From: a virus
DNA length: 42,560 bases
Virus genome (UHGV): UHGV-0317890
Reading direction: 5' to 3' (one strand)
The position numbers and the translations under genes were made by a program. Numbering within the stretch: the stretch's first letter is position 1; each line of letters opens with the position of its first letter. Below, piece by piece: positions 16,734 to 24,915 of the stretch. The notes under the pieces are model-generated. The model did no database searches. It was not told where the DNA came from and saw nothing but the letters and a program-made list of their open reading frames with translations.

Positions 16734-16752
16734 AAGTGCAAATTCTGCACTT
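16734..16752. promoter_or_regulatory. Operator-like palindrome AAGTGCA-N5-TGCACTT upstream of the ImmA-like operon
   Basis: 7-bp perfect inverted arms ~80 bp upstream of the peptidase start, in a 400-bp AT-rich leader with no ORF over 30 codons. Confidence 0.4.
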
Positions 16753-17037
16753 CTGGTACGATATTAACTGTTAGTAGTAAAGTCTTCCAGATAAATCACT
16801 TTAAAATCTTGTGAATTGCTTGCTTTTTACGCTGTATTGTGGATGGTTCAATGTTTCCAGTAAAAACATACATGATAATCATGAGTTTAGTGTTTTTTTA
16901 GGCGTCTATATGTTTCTGGAAAATACAGGTCTAACCTGATCTTATCGTTGAGATTTTTTGTACTCAGTATGCGTGAACGATTCGACCAGGTGACTGTGTA
17001 CGTGAAGAAGACCGCCCTTAATATTTTAAATGTGCAA

Positions 17038-17053
17038 CCCCTCAGAAGAGGGG
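17038..17053 (-). terminator. Short hairpin just after the stop of the 77-aa gene
   Basis: CCCCTC-AGAA-GAGGGG, 7 nt beyond the stop codon; weak U-tract. Confidence 0.3.
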
Positions 17054-17059
17054 CTACTC

Positions 17060-17293
17060 TCACTTCTGCAGTATCTCGCCAATACCTGCCAGATTCTCGT
17101 CCATCTTGTCACCGTTTTCGATAAGGATGGAGTTGAGCCGATTCAGTTGCATAGCAATTTCAAGTTTGATTAAGGTATCCACCGATACACCAGTTTCTTT
17201 TGCTAACTTAGTAAGAGCCGCAGCTCGATTGGCTAAATTAAAATCATCGAACTCATAACGACTTCTGCACGGCTGGTTGCCTAACGTACCCAT
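17060..17293 (-). CDS. Hypothetical small protein, possible DNA-binding
   Basis: 77 aa; segment LAKETGVSVDTLIKLE resembles an HTH recognition helix. Confidence 0.4.
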   Translation of the reverse strand: MGTLGNQPCRSRYEFDDFNLANRAAALTKLAKETGVSVDTLIKLEIAMQLNRLNSILIENGDKMDENLAGIGEILQK

Positions 17294-17536
17294 AGTGATT
17301 CCTCATGATATAAAGACCCAACAATATAAATTACCAGGCACATCATAAGATAGGGTTCCAGCCCATATTTTCAAATATTTGCAAGTATCACCGTTCAGTC
17401 TAAAAAGTTGGATGATGATTTAACGAGCCATAACAAAACCCTGCCTCGGAGGTTTTTTCTTTTTTATAGAACTCAGCGGCGTGAAAACGAATAATAAATT
17501 GTGCAAATAGTGCAGTTTTTATTATTCGAGGTAATT

Positions 17537-18178
17537 ATGAAAACCTTCTATGAGGACTGGCCTGAAACTTTCGTTAGCCGGTTAGATATGTTACGGGCGT
17601 TGGATGATCGCGGTTCGACCCGGAGGCTCTATCTTGAACGGACCGGGGCAATATTTGACGCTCTGGCAGAAGAGATACGTACAGTCGTTGCCGGGCATCC
17701 TGAAATCGACGTGAGTGAACTTGATATCGGGCCGCTGTATCGCTATTACAAACGTGGAGAAAAGGGGAATCCGCTGGCTGACTTACTTATTGAGTTGGCT
17801 CCACCAACTTGTGAACGGGTTCGTATATCTCCTGAAGTGTACATAATCCCGTATCTGTTTTTTGCACTGTTGATAGCGCAAGGCGCTGACAACGATGCCC
17901 GCGATTTTTTCAATATGATGATGCGACCGTTAATCATCGCCTACCGTTTCAAACAACTGGCGCGATACCTGGGAACAAAGGGCGGAGGACGACCACAGCA
18001 CAGATTAAAAAGCGAAGCCATTGAACTGGCTGATCGTTTTTTTACTGAAAACCCGACAGCGCCATTATCGCGTGGCGTGCAATACATATCCGGTATTTTT
18101 GTGGCGAAATACTCTGACCCACCTGCAGCGTCGACGATTAGAAAATGGTTAATTCCAATTTACAGGAGTGATAAATAA
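17537..18178 (+). CDS. Hypothetical protein
   Basis: ~213 aa from ATG behind GAGG RBS (track start 17501 is an upstream alternative); no recognised motif. Confidence 0.5.
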   Translation: MKTFYEDWPETFVSRLDMLRALDDRGSTRRLYLERTGAIFDALAEEIRTVVAGHPEIDVSELDIGPLYRYYKRGEKGNPLADLLIELAPPTCERVRISPEVYIIPYLFFALLIAQGADNDARDFFNMMMRPLIIAYRFKQLARYLGTKGGGRPQHRLKSEAIELADRFFTENPTAPLSRGVQYISGIFVAKYSDPPAASTIRKWLIPIYRSDK

Positions 18179-18271
18179 TGACCATAAACGGTTTAATCCC
18201 CTATAAAACCGTTTAATAAAATTCACGACGTGAATATAATTGTTCATTATTCCCTCATTGTATTTGGCGTT

Positions 18272-18309
18272 ATGACAAATGCCATAAAATACTGTATAAA
18301 TATACAGGT
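18272..18309 (+). promoter_or_regulatory. SOS promoter: -35 ATGACA, -10 TATAAA, overlapping LexA box TACTGTATAAATATACAGGT
   Basis: CTGT-N8-ACAG with AT-rich centre matches the LexA consensus TACTGTATATATATACAGTA at 17 of 20 positions; 17-bp promoter spacer. Confidence 0.65.
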
Positions 18310-18329
18310 TGTGGCATTGGGGGGAAGAC

Positions 18330-18509
18330 ATGAATATTCAAGAATCTATAGGCGAACTACCGGAAACATGCCGGGCTGTTATCAAGCGTAAGGACGGACA
18401 CATCGTTGGTGTGCGTGTTCTGACCGATGATGAGCGGATTGCCAGCCTGATGGCGTTTCTCGAGTTGGCAGAAATAGCTGGATATACTATTACACCCCCT
18501 GACGCGTAA
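18330..18509 (+). CDS. Small SOS-regulated protein (candidate antirepressor or induction factor)
   Basis: 59 aa from ATG behind GGGGGGAAGAC; sits between the LexA-box promoter and an intrinsic terminator. Confidence 0.5.
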   Translation: MNIQESIGELPETCRAVIKRKDGHIVGVRVLTDDERIASLMAFLELAEIAGYTITPPDA

Positions 18510-18525
18510 AACACGGTATAATATC

Positions 18526-18557
18526 GGTGCTGGATTGAACACCCGGCACCATTTTCT
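18526..18557 (+). terminator. Intrinsic terminator after the SOS-regulated gene
   Basis: GGTGCTGG-ATTGAACAC-CCGGCACC stem (one G-U wobble) followed by ATTTTCT. Confidence 0.55.
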
Positions 18558-18586
18558 GAACACTGCCGCGCCACCTGGAGTTAACC

Positions 18587-19183
18587 ATGGCGCAGCATTC
18601 ATTTATCAGGGTATCCGGCGGTTCGCTAATACCCGCGACACCAGACACGCAACGCTGGTTGACTGAACGAGTCAAACCAGGTGCTGTTGTGTATGCAGAT
18701 TTCAAACAGGCGCGTAATCCCGCGTTTCATCGTAAATTTTTCTCACTTCTCAACCTGGGCTTTGATTACTGGCATCCGTCCGGAGGGGCTATTTCTCCTG
18801 CGGAGCGCGAACTGGTTCACGGCTACGTTAAGTTACTGGCGTATTACGGTGGACACGGTGATGTCATGGCAGAGCTGGCTGATCAGTATCTTCTCGATGA
18901 GTCGGAAAAGCGCGCGGGGAGTATCAGTGCGGTGAAGTCGTTCGAGGCGTTTCGCGCATGGGCGATTATGGAAGCTGGGTTTTATGACGTTCATCAGATG
19001 CCAGACGGCAGTTTGATGCGCGTACCTCGTTCAATCTCGTTTGCAGCGATGGACGATCTTGAGTTCGGTCAACTGTATTCAGCCGTTTTAGATGTGCTGT
19101 GGAATTATATTTTGTTCCGCACATTTGCCTCTCAGGAGGCCGCTGAAAATGCCGCCGCGCAGCTGCTGGATTACACATCATGA
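18587..19183 (+). CDS. Nin-region protein of unknown function (DUF1367-like by recollection)
   Basis: 198-aa ORF just upstream of the YbcO-like gene; family name is recollection only. Confidence 0.45.
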   Translation: MAQHSFIRVSGGSLIPATPDTQRWLTERVKPGAVVYADFKQARNPAFHRKFFSLLNLGFDYWHPSGGAISPAERELVHGYVKLLAYYGGHGDVMAELADQYLLDESEKRAGSISAVKSFEAFRAWAIMEAGFYDVHQMPDGSLMRVPRSISFAAMDDLEFGQLYSAVLDVLWNYILFRTFASQEAAENAAAQLLDYTS

Positions 19184-19473
19184 AAAAAATCGACCTGAGA
19201 AAAGCTGCACGCAGTCGCGCTTGTACTGTGCGTATCCCCGGTGTGTGCAATCACAATCCTGAAACCAGCGTACTGGCTCATTATCGTCTCGCCGGAACGT
19301 GCGGCACAGCCATCAAACCTCACGATATGCAGGGCGCTATCGCCTGCAGTGCGTGTCACGATGCCATCGACGGACGTACAAAAACGGATTACGAGCACGA
19401 CTCATTGTTGTTGATGCACGCTGAGGGAGTTTTCAGAACACTGGCTATCTGGCGCGATGAGGAGTTTATCTGA
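19180..19473 (+). CDS. YbcO-like Cys-rich putative nuclease (DUF1364)
   Basis: 97 aa; ...RKAARSRACTVRIPGVCNHNPETSVLAHYRLAG...IACSACHDAIDGR with conserved Cys/His pattern as in DLP12 YbcO. Confidence 0.55.
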   Translation: MKKIDLRKAARSRACTVRIPGVCNHNPETSVLAHYRLAGTCGTAIKPHDMQGAIACSACHDAIDGRTKTDYEHDSLLLMHAEGVFRTLAIWRDEEFI

Positions 19474-20144
19474 TGAGTAACGAGTATTTATTGGAATATA
19501 CCCGCATAAAACTGCGCGCTGCATTGCGGGATTTGTCTGGTGGTTCTAAGGGGCAACTGGAAGCATTGTGTGAGCACCCACCGGCAGACAAAAACGCATA
19601 CCCACGCAAACATATTCACCGTGTGCAGCTGGAGGACCGGACCGTTGATGCTCTGGTTACGCCAGTTTACGCTCTGGAAAGTTTCAGCAGACGTCGCCCC
19701 GCGCCGCCGATGAGTGATTTTGAATTTGCTGATTCATCCTGGCGGCGTTCTGTGAACTCGCTGGATGCAAGTCAGCAAGCGTGGTTGCGTTATTGCTACG
19801 GTGGTAACCTGGCATTCAAACACCAAACAGCTATTTGTGAGGCTGTCTGGAGTCGCTATAAAGGAAACATCCCCGCGTCAACTCAGAGAAAAGTAGTTAA
19901 GCGCCTGCTTTCGTTGGTGTGGTTGTCCGTGCAGGCGGTCGCAGCAGCAAATAAACGCGAGGATTTTAAGGAGATGGCCGGATCTACCCTAGCAGGAATG
20001 CTGTCGGTTTCTCGTTCCACCTGGTGCGAAACATACTCCCTGCACTGGGTAGGAATGAAAGAGGCGGTGAGAGCACTTGATGAAGTGGCACTTCTTGCAA
20101 CTTTGCATCATTATCAGAACCATTTAGACGACGTTTGCGTATAA
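19473..20144 (+). CDS. Putative late-gene antitermination protein (Q-like, by position)
   Basis: 223-aa ORF immediately upstream of a promoter/hairpin element and the lysis genes; no sequence match to lambda Q recalled. Confidence 0.4.
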   Translation: MSNEYLLEYTRIKLRAALRDLSGGSKGQLEALCEHPPADKNAYPRKHIHRVQLEDRTVDALVTPVYALESFSRRRPAPPMSDFEFADSSWRRSVNSLDASQQAWLRYCYGGNLAFKHQTAICEAVWSRYKGNIPASTQRKVVKRLLSLVWLSVQAVAAANKREDFKEMAGSTLAGMLSVSRSTWCETYSLHWVGMKEAVRALDEVALLATLHHYQNHLDDVCV

Positions 20145-20173
20145 TGCTTGCAAAAACGAACAAAATAGGCCAT

Positions 20174-20202
20174 ATTTGACGCTAATTTGGTATGTTGCCA
20201 AA
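20174..20202 (+). promoter_or_regulatory. Candidate late promoter (pR'-like): TTGACG-N17-CAAATT
   Basis: Hexamers resemble lambda pR' (TTGACT / TAAATT) and lie between the Q-like gene and the first lysis gene. Confidence 0.3.
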
Positions 20203-20211
20203 TTTCTAAGA

Positions 20212-20238
20212 ACCTCGCCACGGCGGGGTTTTGTCGTT
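20212..20238 (+). terminator. Terminator-like hairpin plus U-tract just downstream of the candidate late promoter
   Basis: CCTCGCC-ACG-GCGGGG stem (one G-U) followed by TTTTGTCGTTT. Confidence 0.3.
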
Positions 20239-20256
20239 TCTGAATCAGGAAAAATC

Positions 20257-20640
20257 ATGTCTGAACCTCTAACCGCTGGCGTTGCTGCTGGCTCGGCGGG
20301 GGTGACGTTTGCTGCGTTATTTCCTGAGGCAACACCTGCAGTGATGATCTGTGCGCTGGCAGGCGCAGCTCTCTATGTGTTGTCGTCCGGGCAGCATCGA
20401 TTCTGGAAGCAGGTTATTTTCGCACTCATTTCGTTTGTTGGCGGTGTGTATTGCGCTGAGACAGCGTCAGCCATCATTACCGGTATTCTGAACGCGGTGC
20501 TGAGTCACCTGAACCCTCCCGTAACAGTAAAAGTCTCTCCCGCCATTGGTGCACTGGTTGCATCAGTAATCAGCGTTACATCACTGTTGCGGATCATGTC
20601 ACAAGCTCGTTTATGGAAATCAGATAAGGGGATGAAATAA
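20257..20640 (+). CDS. Holin-like membrane protein
   Basis: Start at ATG 20257 (track start 20176 is an unlikely upstream extension); 128 aa with hydrophobic helices; first gene of lysis cassette. Confidence 0.5.
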   Translation: MSEPLTAGVAAGSAGVTFAALFPEATPAVMICALAGAALYVLSSGQHRFWKQVIFALISFVGGVYCAETASAIITGILNAVLSHLNPPVTVKVSPAIGALVASVISVTSLLRIMSQARLWKSDKGMK

Positions 20641-20912
20641 TGACCCTGCACTCTGTCCTCATCAATGCCAATGCAATTATTTGTCTGATGTTGGCACTAC
20701 GGTTGATGTTTTTTCAAAAAACAGGCCGCTATCGTTTTTTCATCTCACTAACTGCTTACCTCGCGATTCTGTCTGCTGCGTGGATAGCCCTACGAATTTT
20801 TTACGGGAAATATACGCAGGTTGATCCCGCAGAGTTCTTTCTCAACCTCACCATCTGTATTGCTGTCTGGCGGGCACGAGGGAATATTTCAAAAATAACA
20901 GGAGACAGGTAA
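20640..20912 (+). CDS. Second small membrane protein of lysis cassette (holin or antiholin-like)
   Basis: 90 aa, three hydrophobic segments; ATGA overlap with upstream gene. Confidence 0.45.
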   Translation: MTLHSVLINANAIICLMLALRLMFFQKTGRYRFFISLTAYLAILSAAWIALRIFYGKYTQVDPAEFFLNLTICIAVWRARGNISKITGDR

Positions 20913-21391
20913 TGACGGATCCTAAATGGCTAATCGAGGCTCGAAAAAACCTCGGCATTCGGGAAATGAAAGGGAAGCAACATGCTGCAGAAATTGTGCA
21001 GTACTGGAAAGATATCAAACGCGGCGGCATTAAGGATGACGAAACACCGTGGTGCGCTGCTTTCACCGGGGCAATGCTGGAACGTGCGGGTATTCGCTCA
21101 ACGCGTTTTGAGTCTGCGAATTCTTATCTCGATTGGGGTAATGAACTGAAGGAACCCGCCTATGGATGCATTGCTATTCTGTCTCGGTCTGGCGGTGGTC
21201 ACGTCGGCTTTGTTGTCGGGAAAAATGCCGCCGGGGATTTAATGATTTTGGGGGGCAACCAGGCAGATGAAGTAAATATCAAAGCTTTTCCTCGTTCCCG
21301 CGTAACAGGCTACCGCTGGCCAGCAGGTCAAACGGATGTTCCACAATCACTTCCATTGGTGAATGCTGAGAAATCTATCTCAGAAGCGTAG
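20912..21391 (+). CDS. Putative endolysin (CHAP / NlpC-P60-like cysteine peptidase fold)
   Basis: 159 aa; conserved Cys in ETPWCAAFTGAML and His in GGGHVGFVVG, as in CHAP-type peptidoglycan hydrolases; position after holins. Confidence 0.5.
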   Translation: MTDPKWLIEARKNLGIREMKGKQHAAEIVQYWKDIKRGGIKDDETPWCAAFTGAMLERAGIRSTRFESANSYLDWGNELKEPAYGCIAILSRSGGGHVGFVVGKNAAGDLMILGGNQADEVNIKAFPRSRVTGYRWPAGQTDVPQSLPLVNAEKSISEA

Positions 21392-21398
21392 GTAAAAC

Positions 21399-21593
21399 GT
21401 GAAAAAACTTCTCTTAGCTGTCGCGTTCTTCACGCTGGCAGGCTGCACACATTCGACATACACCGAAGCGACTCGCGCTGACGGCAGCAGTATTAAACAC
21501 GTGATGATCGCGCCGGGTACGAAGATTACTACTGCGAACGGTGGTTGTATTGATTCAACCGGGGCAGAGGCTTCATGCCTTGGTGGAAAATAG
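21399..21593 (+). CDS. Small lipoprotein (possible spanin or lysis accessory)
   Basis: 64 aa with signal peptide and lipobox FTLAGC; last gene of lysis cassette. Confidence 0.45.
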   Translation: MKKLLLAVAFFTLAGCTHSTYTEATRADGSSIKHVMIAPGTKITTANGGCIDSTGAEASCLGGK

Positions 21594-21613
21594 GGTAATT
21601 TACTTTAACGAGA

Positions 21614-21638
21614 GGCCGCCTTTTTGTTTTAAGGCGGC
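21614..21638. terminator. Hairpin between convergent lysis genes and a minus-strand ORF
   Basis: GCCGCC-(12 nt T-rich loop)-GGCGGC. Confidence 0.3.
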
Positions 21639-21652
21639 ACACATTCAACAGA

Positions 21653-21913
21653 TTAAGGTAACTGATTTGACCATTTTGTTGCGCGCCAGTTGTTCTGAAC
21701 CATAATCTTCTGAAGTATCTCATCTGAAGGCTCTGCTTCGCCGCTTAGCCATTCTCTTAAAGTTGAACAATTTAGATAAGAGGAGTTCGCACGATAAAAA
21801 GATACGATGGCGTCCTCTGATAACTTCTCAGGAAACTTTTTTGGGTCAGCTTCTTTTAATATTACGCTCATTAAGGCTTCAATTTTTTCTCTGTTCATTT
21901 TTTGCGTTCTCAT
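21653..21913 (-). CDS. Hypothetical protein in AT-rich slot between lysis and packaging genes
   Basis: 86-aa ORF on the opposite strand to its neighbours; no clear RBS. Confidence 0.3.
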   Translation of the reverse strand: MRTQKMNREKIEALMSVILKEADPKKFPEKLSEDAIVSFYRANSSYLNCSTLREWLSGEAEPSDEILQKIMVQNNWRATKWSNQLP

Positions 21914-22266
21914 GGTTGTTGTTTTTCTGTAATGATATCAATAAGTTCAAGATATATACATATATGGAAAACTTGTTCGGTAGTCTATCGATACAGCACA
22001 AAAGGATGGCTCGCTGCCAAAGTGAAAGCTTACGCTGATAATCAGATACACAAAGCTGATGTATGCAAACAAGTACGCCGCGAGGCTACAGTTGAGTTTG
22101 ATGAACCTGATGCGAGCCCCTAATTCCTGTCCTGAAAGGGAGATAGCCCCCTGGTCGCGGGTCCTTTCCGAAATCCAAAACACCGAGGGTCGGTAGACGC
22201 GCAAAAACTCGCTCGTTTTTAGTATTTTTTCATTTTGGGTATTTCCGGTTCCGGTGAGGATTTTTA

Positions 22267-22833
22267 ATGGCAAGTCAGGCTGAGGTTGCAGCACATTTAC
22301 TGCTATCTGATCGTCGTCTGCGCGATCTCGCAAAACTTCCGGGAGCACCAGTCCCACAAGGACGTGGTGATTGGGAGCTAGACGCATGGCGCCATTTTTA
22401 TATTCGTTATCTCCGGAGCAATAGACGCGACACAACTAGTAATGACGAACCGGAAGCGGGGGACAATTCTCCCGAAAAAAATCGCGAGCAGTGGCTGAAA
22501 AATGAGGAACGACAGGAGCGAATCCTGATGGCACGAGTAAAACGCCGCATTCTCGCTAAACGCTACGCGCCAATTGAATTAATTAGCGTCGCTGTATCTC
22601 GCGTCGCCGTTGAATTACGTACCCGCGTCGAGTCGTGGCCACCACGCCTGAAAAAGGTCTGGCCGGAGATGCCGCAAGAGGCGAGCAGTGTATTACGAGA
22701 GGAGCTGGCGATAGCCTTAAATGAGTTGTCAGACATACGAATCGACTTCAGCGATTACGATGTCAGCGATATCGAACGCGATCTCGACAGGGTTGAATCC
22801 CTTGCGCGTGACGATACCGATGACGGGTGTTGA
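22267..22833 (+). CDS. Terminase small subunit (Nu1-like)
   Basis: 188 aa; N-terminal HTH-like MASQAEVAAHLLLSDRRLRDLAKLPGAPV parallels the lambda Nu1 N-terminus; immediately upstream of and overlapping the large terminase. Confidence 0.55.
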   Translation: MASQAEVAAHLLLSDRRLRDLAKLPGAPVPQGRGDWELDAWRHFYIRYLRSNRRDTTSNDEPEAGDNSPEKNREQWLKNEERQERILMARVKRRILAKRYAPIELISVAVSRVAVELRTRVESWPPRLKKVWPEMPQEASSVLREELAIALNELSDIRIDFSDYDVSDIERDLDRVESLARDDTDDGC

Positions 22834-24682
22834 GTGGGCTGATAAATATTTTTATCTCCCTGAGGGCTCCAGCCACATCGCTGGGCACTGGACGACTCAG
22901 CCGGTCCAGGTAGTGATGCTCAATATGATGACGAACGACGCGATAAAAATCGTGTCTGTTCGCAAATCAGCTCGTCTCGGTTATACAAAAATACTCGTCG
23001 CGGCGCTGCTCTATTTCGCTGAGCACAAAAAACGTAGTGCCGTGGTCTATCAGCCTATCGATGACGAATCGGATGGATTTGTCGCCGACGAGGTTGACCC
23101 CGCTATCGCCGAAATGCCAGTGATTCAGAAAATTTTCCCCGACTGGGATAAAAGCAACGAGCGTAACAATCTCCAGCGTAAAGAAATGAGCGGCGCGATT
23201 CTTGATTTTCGCGGCGCGAGTGCACCAGGAAATTTCCGGCGACTAACGAAACAGGTTGTCGAGGGTGACGAAGTTGACGGCTGGCCGCTGGAAGTTGCCA
23301 AAAAAGGCAAAGGCGAGGGCTCGCCCATCGAACTGGCGCTCGTTCGAATTAAAGGGGCAGCGTACCCGAAGGCGATTTTTGGTTCGACGCCGACCGTTAC
23401 CGGCAAAAGTCATATCGAAATGCTCGAAGACGCTGCCGATCTGACGTTTCGTTTTTACCTGACATGTCCGCATTGTGGCGAGGAGCAGGTCCTGGTATTT
23501 GGTTTCGACGGTATCGAATACGGCCTCAAATGGGATAACAGCCTGCAGACCAATGAGGCGAAATCGTCGTCCGCGTATTACCAGTGCTGCCACTGCCCGG
23601 AACATTTTTACTATCGCGATCTCGAAAAAATGGAGTTCGGGGGGCGCTGGATAGCCGAGGACTGCACCTGGACCCGAGACGGCATTCATTTTTTTGATCA
23701 TGACGGTGGCGTCGTTCGCGCGCCGAAACACGCTGCGATCGTGATAAACGCCCTGTATTCACTAAACCTCGATGGATGGGGCGAGATTGTCAGCGAGTGG
23801 CTGAAAGCGAAAGGCGACCCGCTCAAGGAAAAGACGTTTCATAACACGACGCTCGGCGAACTCTGGAGCGACGTGGCCAGCGAGCAGCTGGAGCACGATA
23901 TTCTGGTTAATCGCCGGGAAAAATACGCCAGCCAGGTTCCTGACGGTGTTGTTTATATAACCGGCGGCATCGACTCTCAGACGTCCGGGCGCTACGAGTG
24001 TTATGTGTGGGGCTGGGGAGCCGAGGAGGAGTGCTGGCTGATTGATAAAACAATCGTCCTCGGTCGCTACGACGAGGAGGACACGCTGCAGCGCGTCGAC
24101 GGAGTGATTCGCAAACAATACCGGCGCAGCGACGGGACCACAATCGGCGTCAGTCGCTGGGCGTGGGATACCGGTGGTATAGATGCGCAGGTCGTTTATA
24201 ACCGCTCGCTGAAACTCGGTCCGCTGTGGGTCATTCCAATCAAGGGCGCGAGCTCATACGGCCAGCCGGTCGTAAATATGCCTCGTACCCGTAACGCGAA
24301 TAAAGTGTATTTGTCGTTGATTGGGACAGATACAGCGAAAGACCTGCTCGCAATGCGCCTGCAGCTGGAACCCGACTCCAAATCGGCGACACCAGGTGCG
24401 ATTCATTTTCCCAACGACGACGAAATATTCAGCACGACAGAGGCAAAACAGCTCGTCTCCGAGGTTCTGATCCCGAAACTCATTAACGGTCGCGTCGTTT
24501 ATCGTTGGGACAACCAGGGCCGGCGAAATGAGGCGCTCGACTGCTGGGTGTACGGACTGGCAGCGCTGCGTATCAGTAAAATTCGTTTCCAGCTCAATCT
24601 CGAGACGCTCGCTGAGCAACGGAAAAAATCACAAAACAAACTGTCTCTCGAGGAGATGGCCAGAATGCTCGGAGGGAGCTAA
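22721..24682 (+). CDS. A: Terminase large subunit (lambda gpA-like)
   Basis: Conserved with lambda A: TGVEWADKYFYLPEG, VKSARLGYTK, TCPHCGEEQ, TTLGE, WGWG, IPIKGAS, GAIHFPND; start may be 22721 or ATG at 22820. Confidence 0.85.
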   Translation: MSCQTYESTSAITMSAISNAISTGLNPLRVTIPMTGVEWADKYFYLPEGSSHIAGHWTTQPVQVVMLNMMTNDAIKIVSVRKSARLGYTKILVAALLYFAEHKKRSAVVYQPIDDESDGFVADEVDPAIAEMPVIQKIFPDWDKSNERNNLQRKEMSGAILDFRGASAPGNFRRLTKQVVEGDEVDGWPLEVAKKGKGEGSPIELALVRIKGAAYPKAIFGSTPTVTGKSHIEMLEDAADLTFRFYLTCPHCGEEQVLVFGFDGIEYGLKWDNSLQTNEAKSSSAYYQCCHCPEHFYYRDLEKMEFGGRWIAEDCTWTRDGIHFFDHDGGVVRAPKHAAIVINALYSLNLDGWGEIVSEWLKAKGDPLKEKTFHNTTLGELWSDVASEQLEHDILVNRREKYASQVPDGVVYITGGIDSQTSGRYECYVWGWGAEEECWLIDKTIVLGRYDEEDTLQRVDGVIRKQYRRSDGTTIGVSRWAWDTGGIDAQVVYNRSLKLGPLWVIPIKGASSYGQPVVNMPRTRNANKVYLSLIGTDTAKDLLAMRLQLEPDSKSATPGAIHFPNDDEIFSTTEAKQLVSEVLIPKLINGRVVYRWDNQGRRNEALDCWVYGLAALRISKIRFQLNLETLAEQRKKSQNKLSLEEMARMLGGS

Positions 24683-24915
24683 TGACGTCGCGCGAGGTTT
24701 TAACAGAACGACTGCTGGAAGCGGAAATCGCTCTGCACAAATTATTAACGGGTAAATCGACCGTGTCGCTGTCTCACGGCGATTCAGCAGGAAATAACCG
24801 GAGCTATCAATACTCGCAGGCGAGTATTGAGCAGCTCCGAACGTACATTATCGAGCTGAAATCACAGCTCGGTCTGAGTACGGGACGCCGTCGGCCCGTG
24901 GGAGTTCGATTATGA
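24682..24915 (+). CDS. W: Head-tail joining protein (lambda gpW-like)
   Basis: 77 aa; ...ALHKLLTGK...QLRTYIIELKSQLGLSTGRRRPVGVRL parallels lambda W (..[34 protein letters not shown]). Confidence 0.75.
   Translation: MTSREVLTERLLEAEIALHKLLTGKSTVSLSHGDSAGNNRSYQYSQASIEQLRTYIIELKSQLGLSTGRRRPVGVRL

Noticed and set aside
20176-20256. Upstream extension of the holin ORF to 20176
   Set aside because: The extension covers the candidate late promoter and hairpin; the ATG at 20257 with an AGGA-type RBS is the more plausible start.
21947-22435. Minus-strand 162-aa ORF overlapping the small terminase start
   Set aside because: Overlaps the 5' end of the small terminase gene and its upstream region on the opposite strand; no RBS; spurious.
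23125-24619. Several minus-strand ORFs inside the large terminase gene (for example 23243-23731, 23762-24118, 24254-24619)
   Set aside because: Antisense to a gene with strong lambda gpA similarity along its length; Arg/Pro-rich chance ORFs typical of GC-rich antisense frames.
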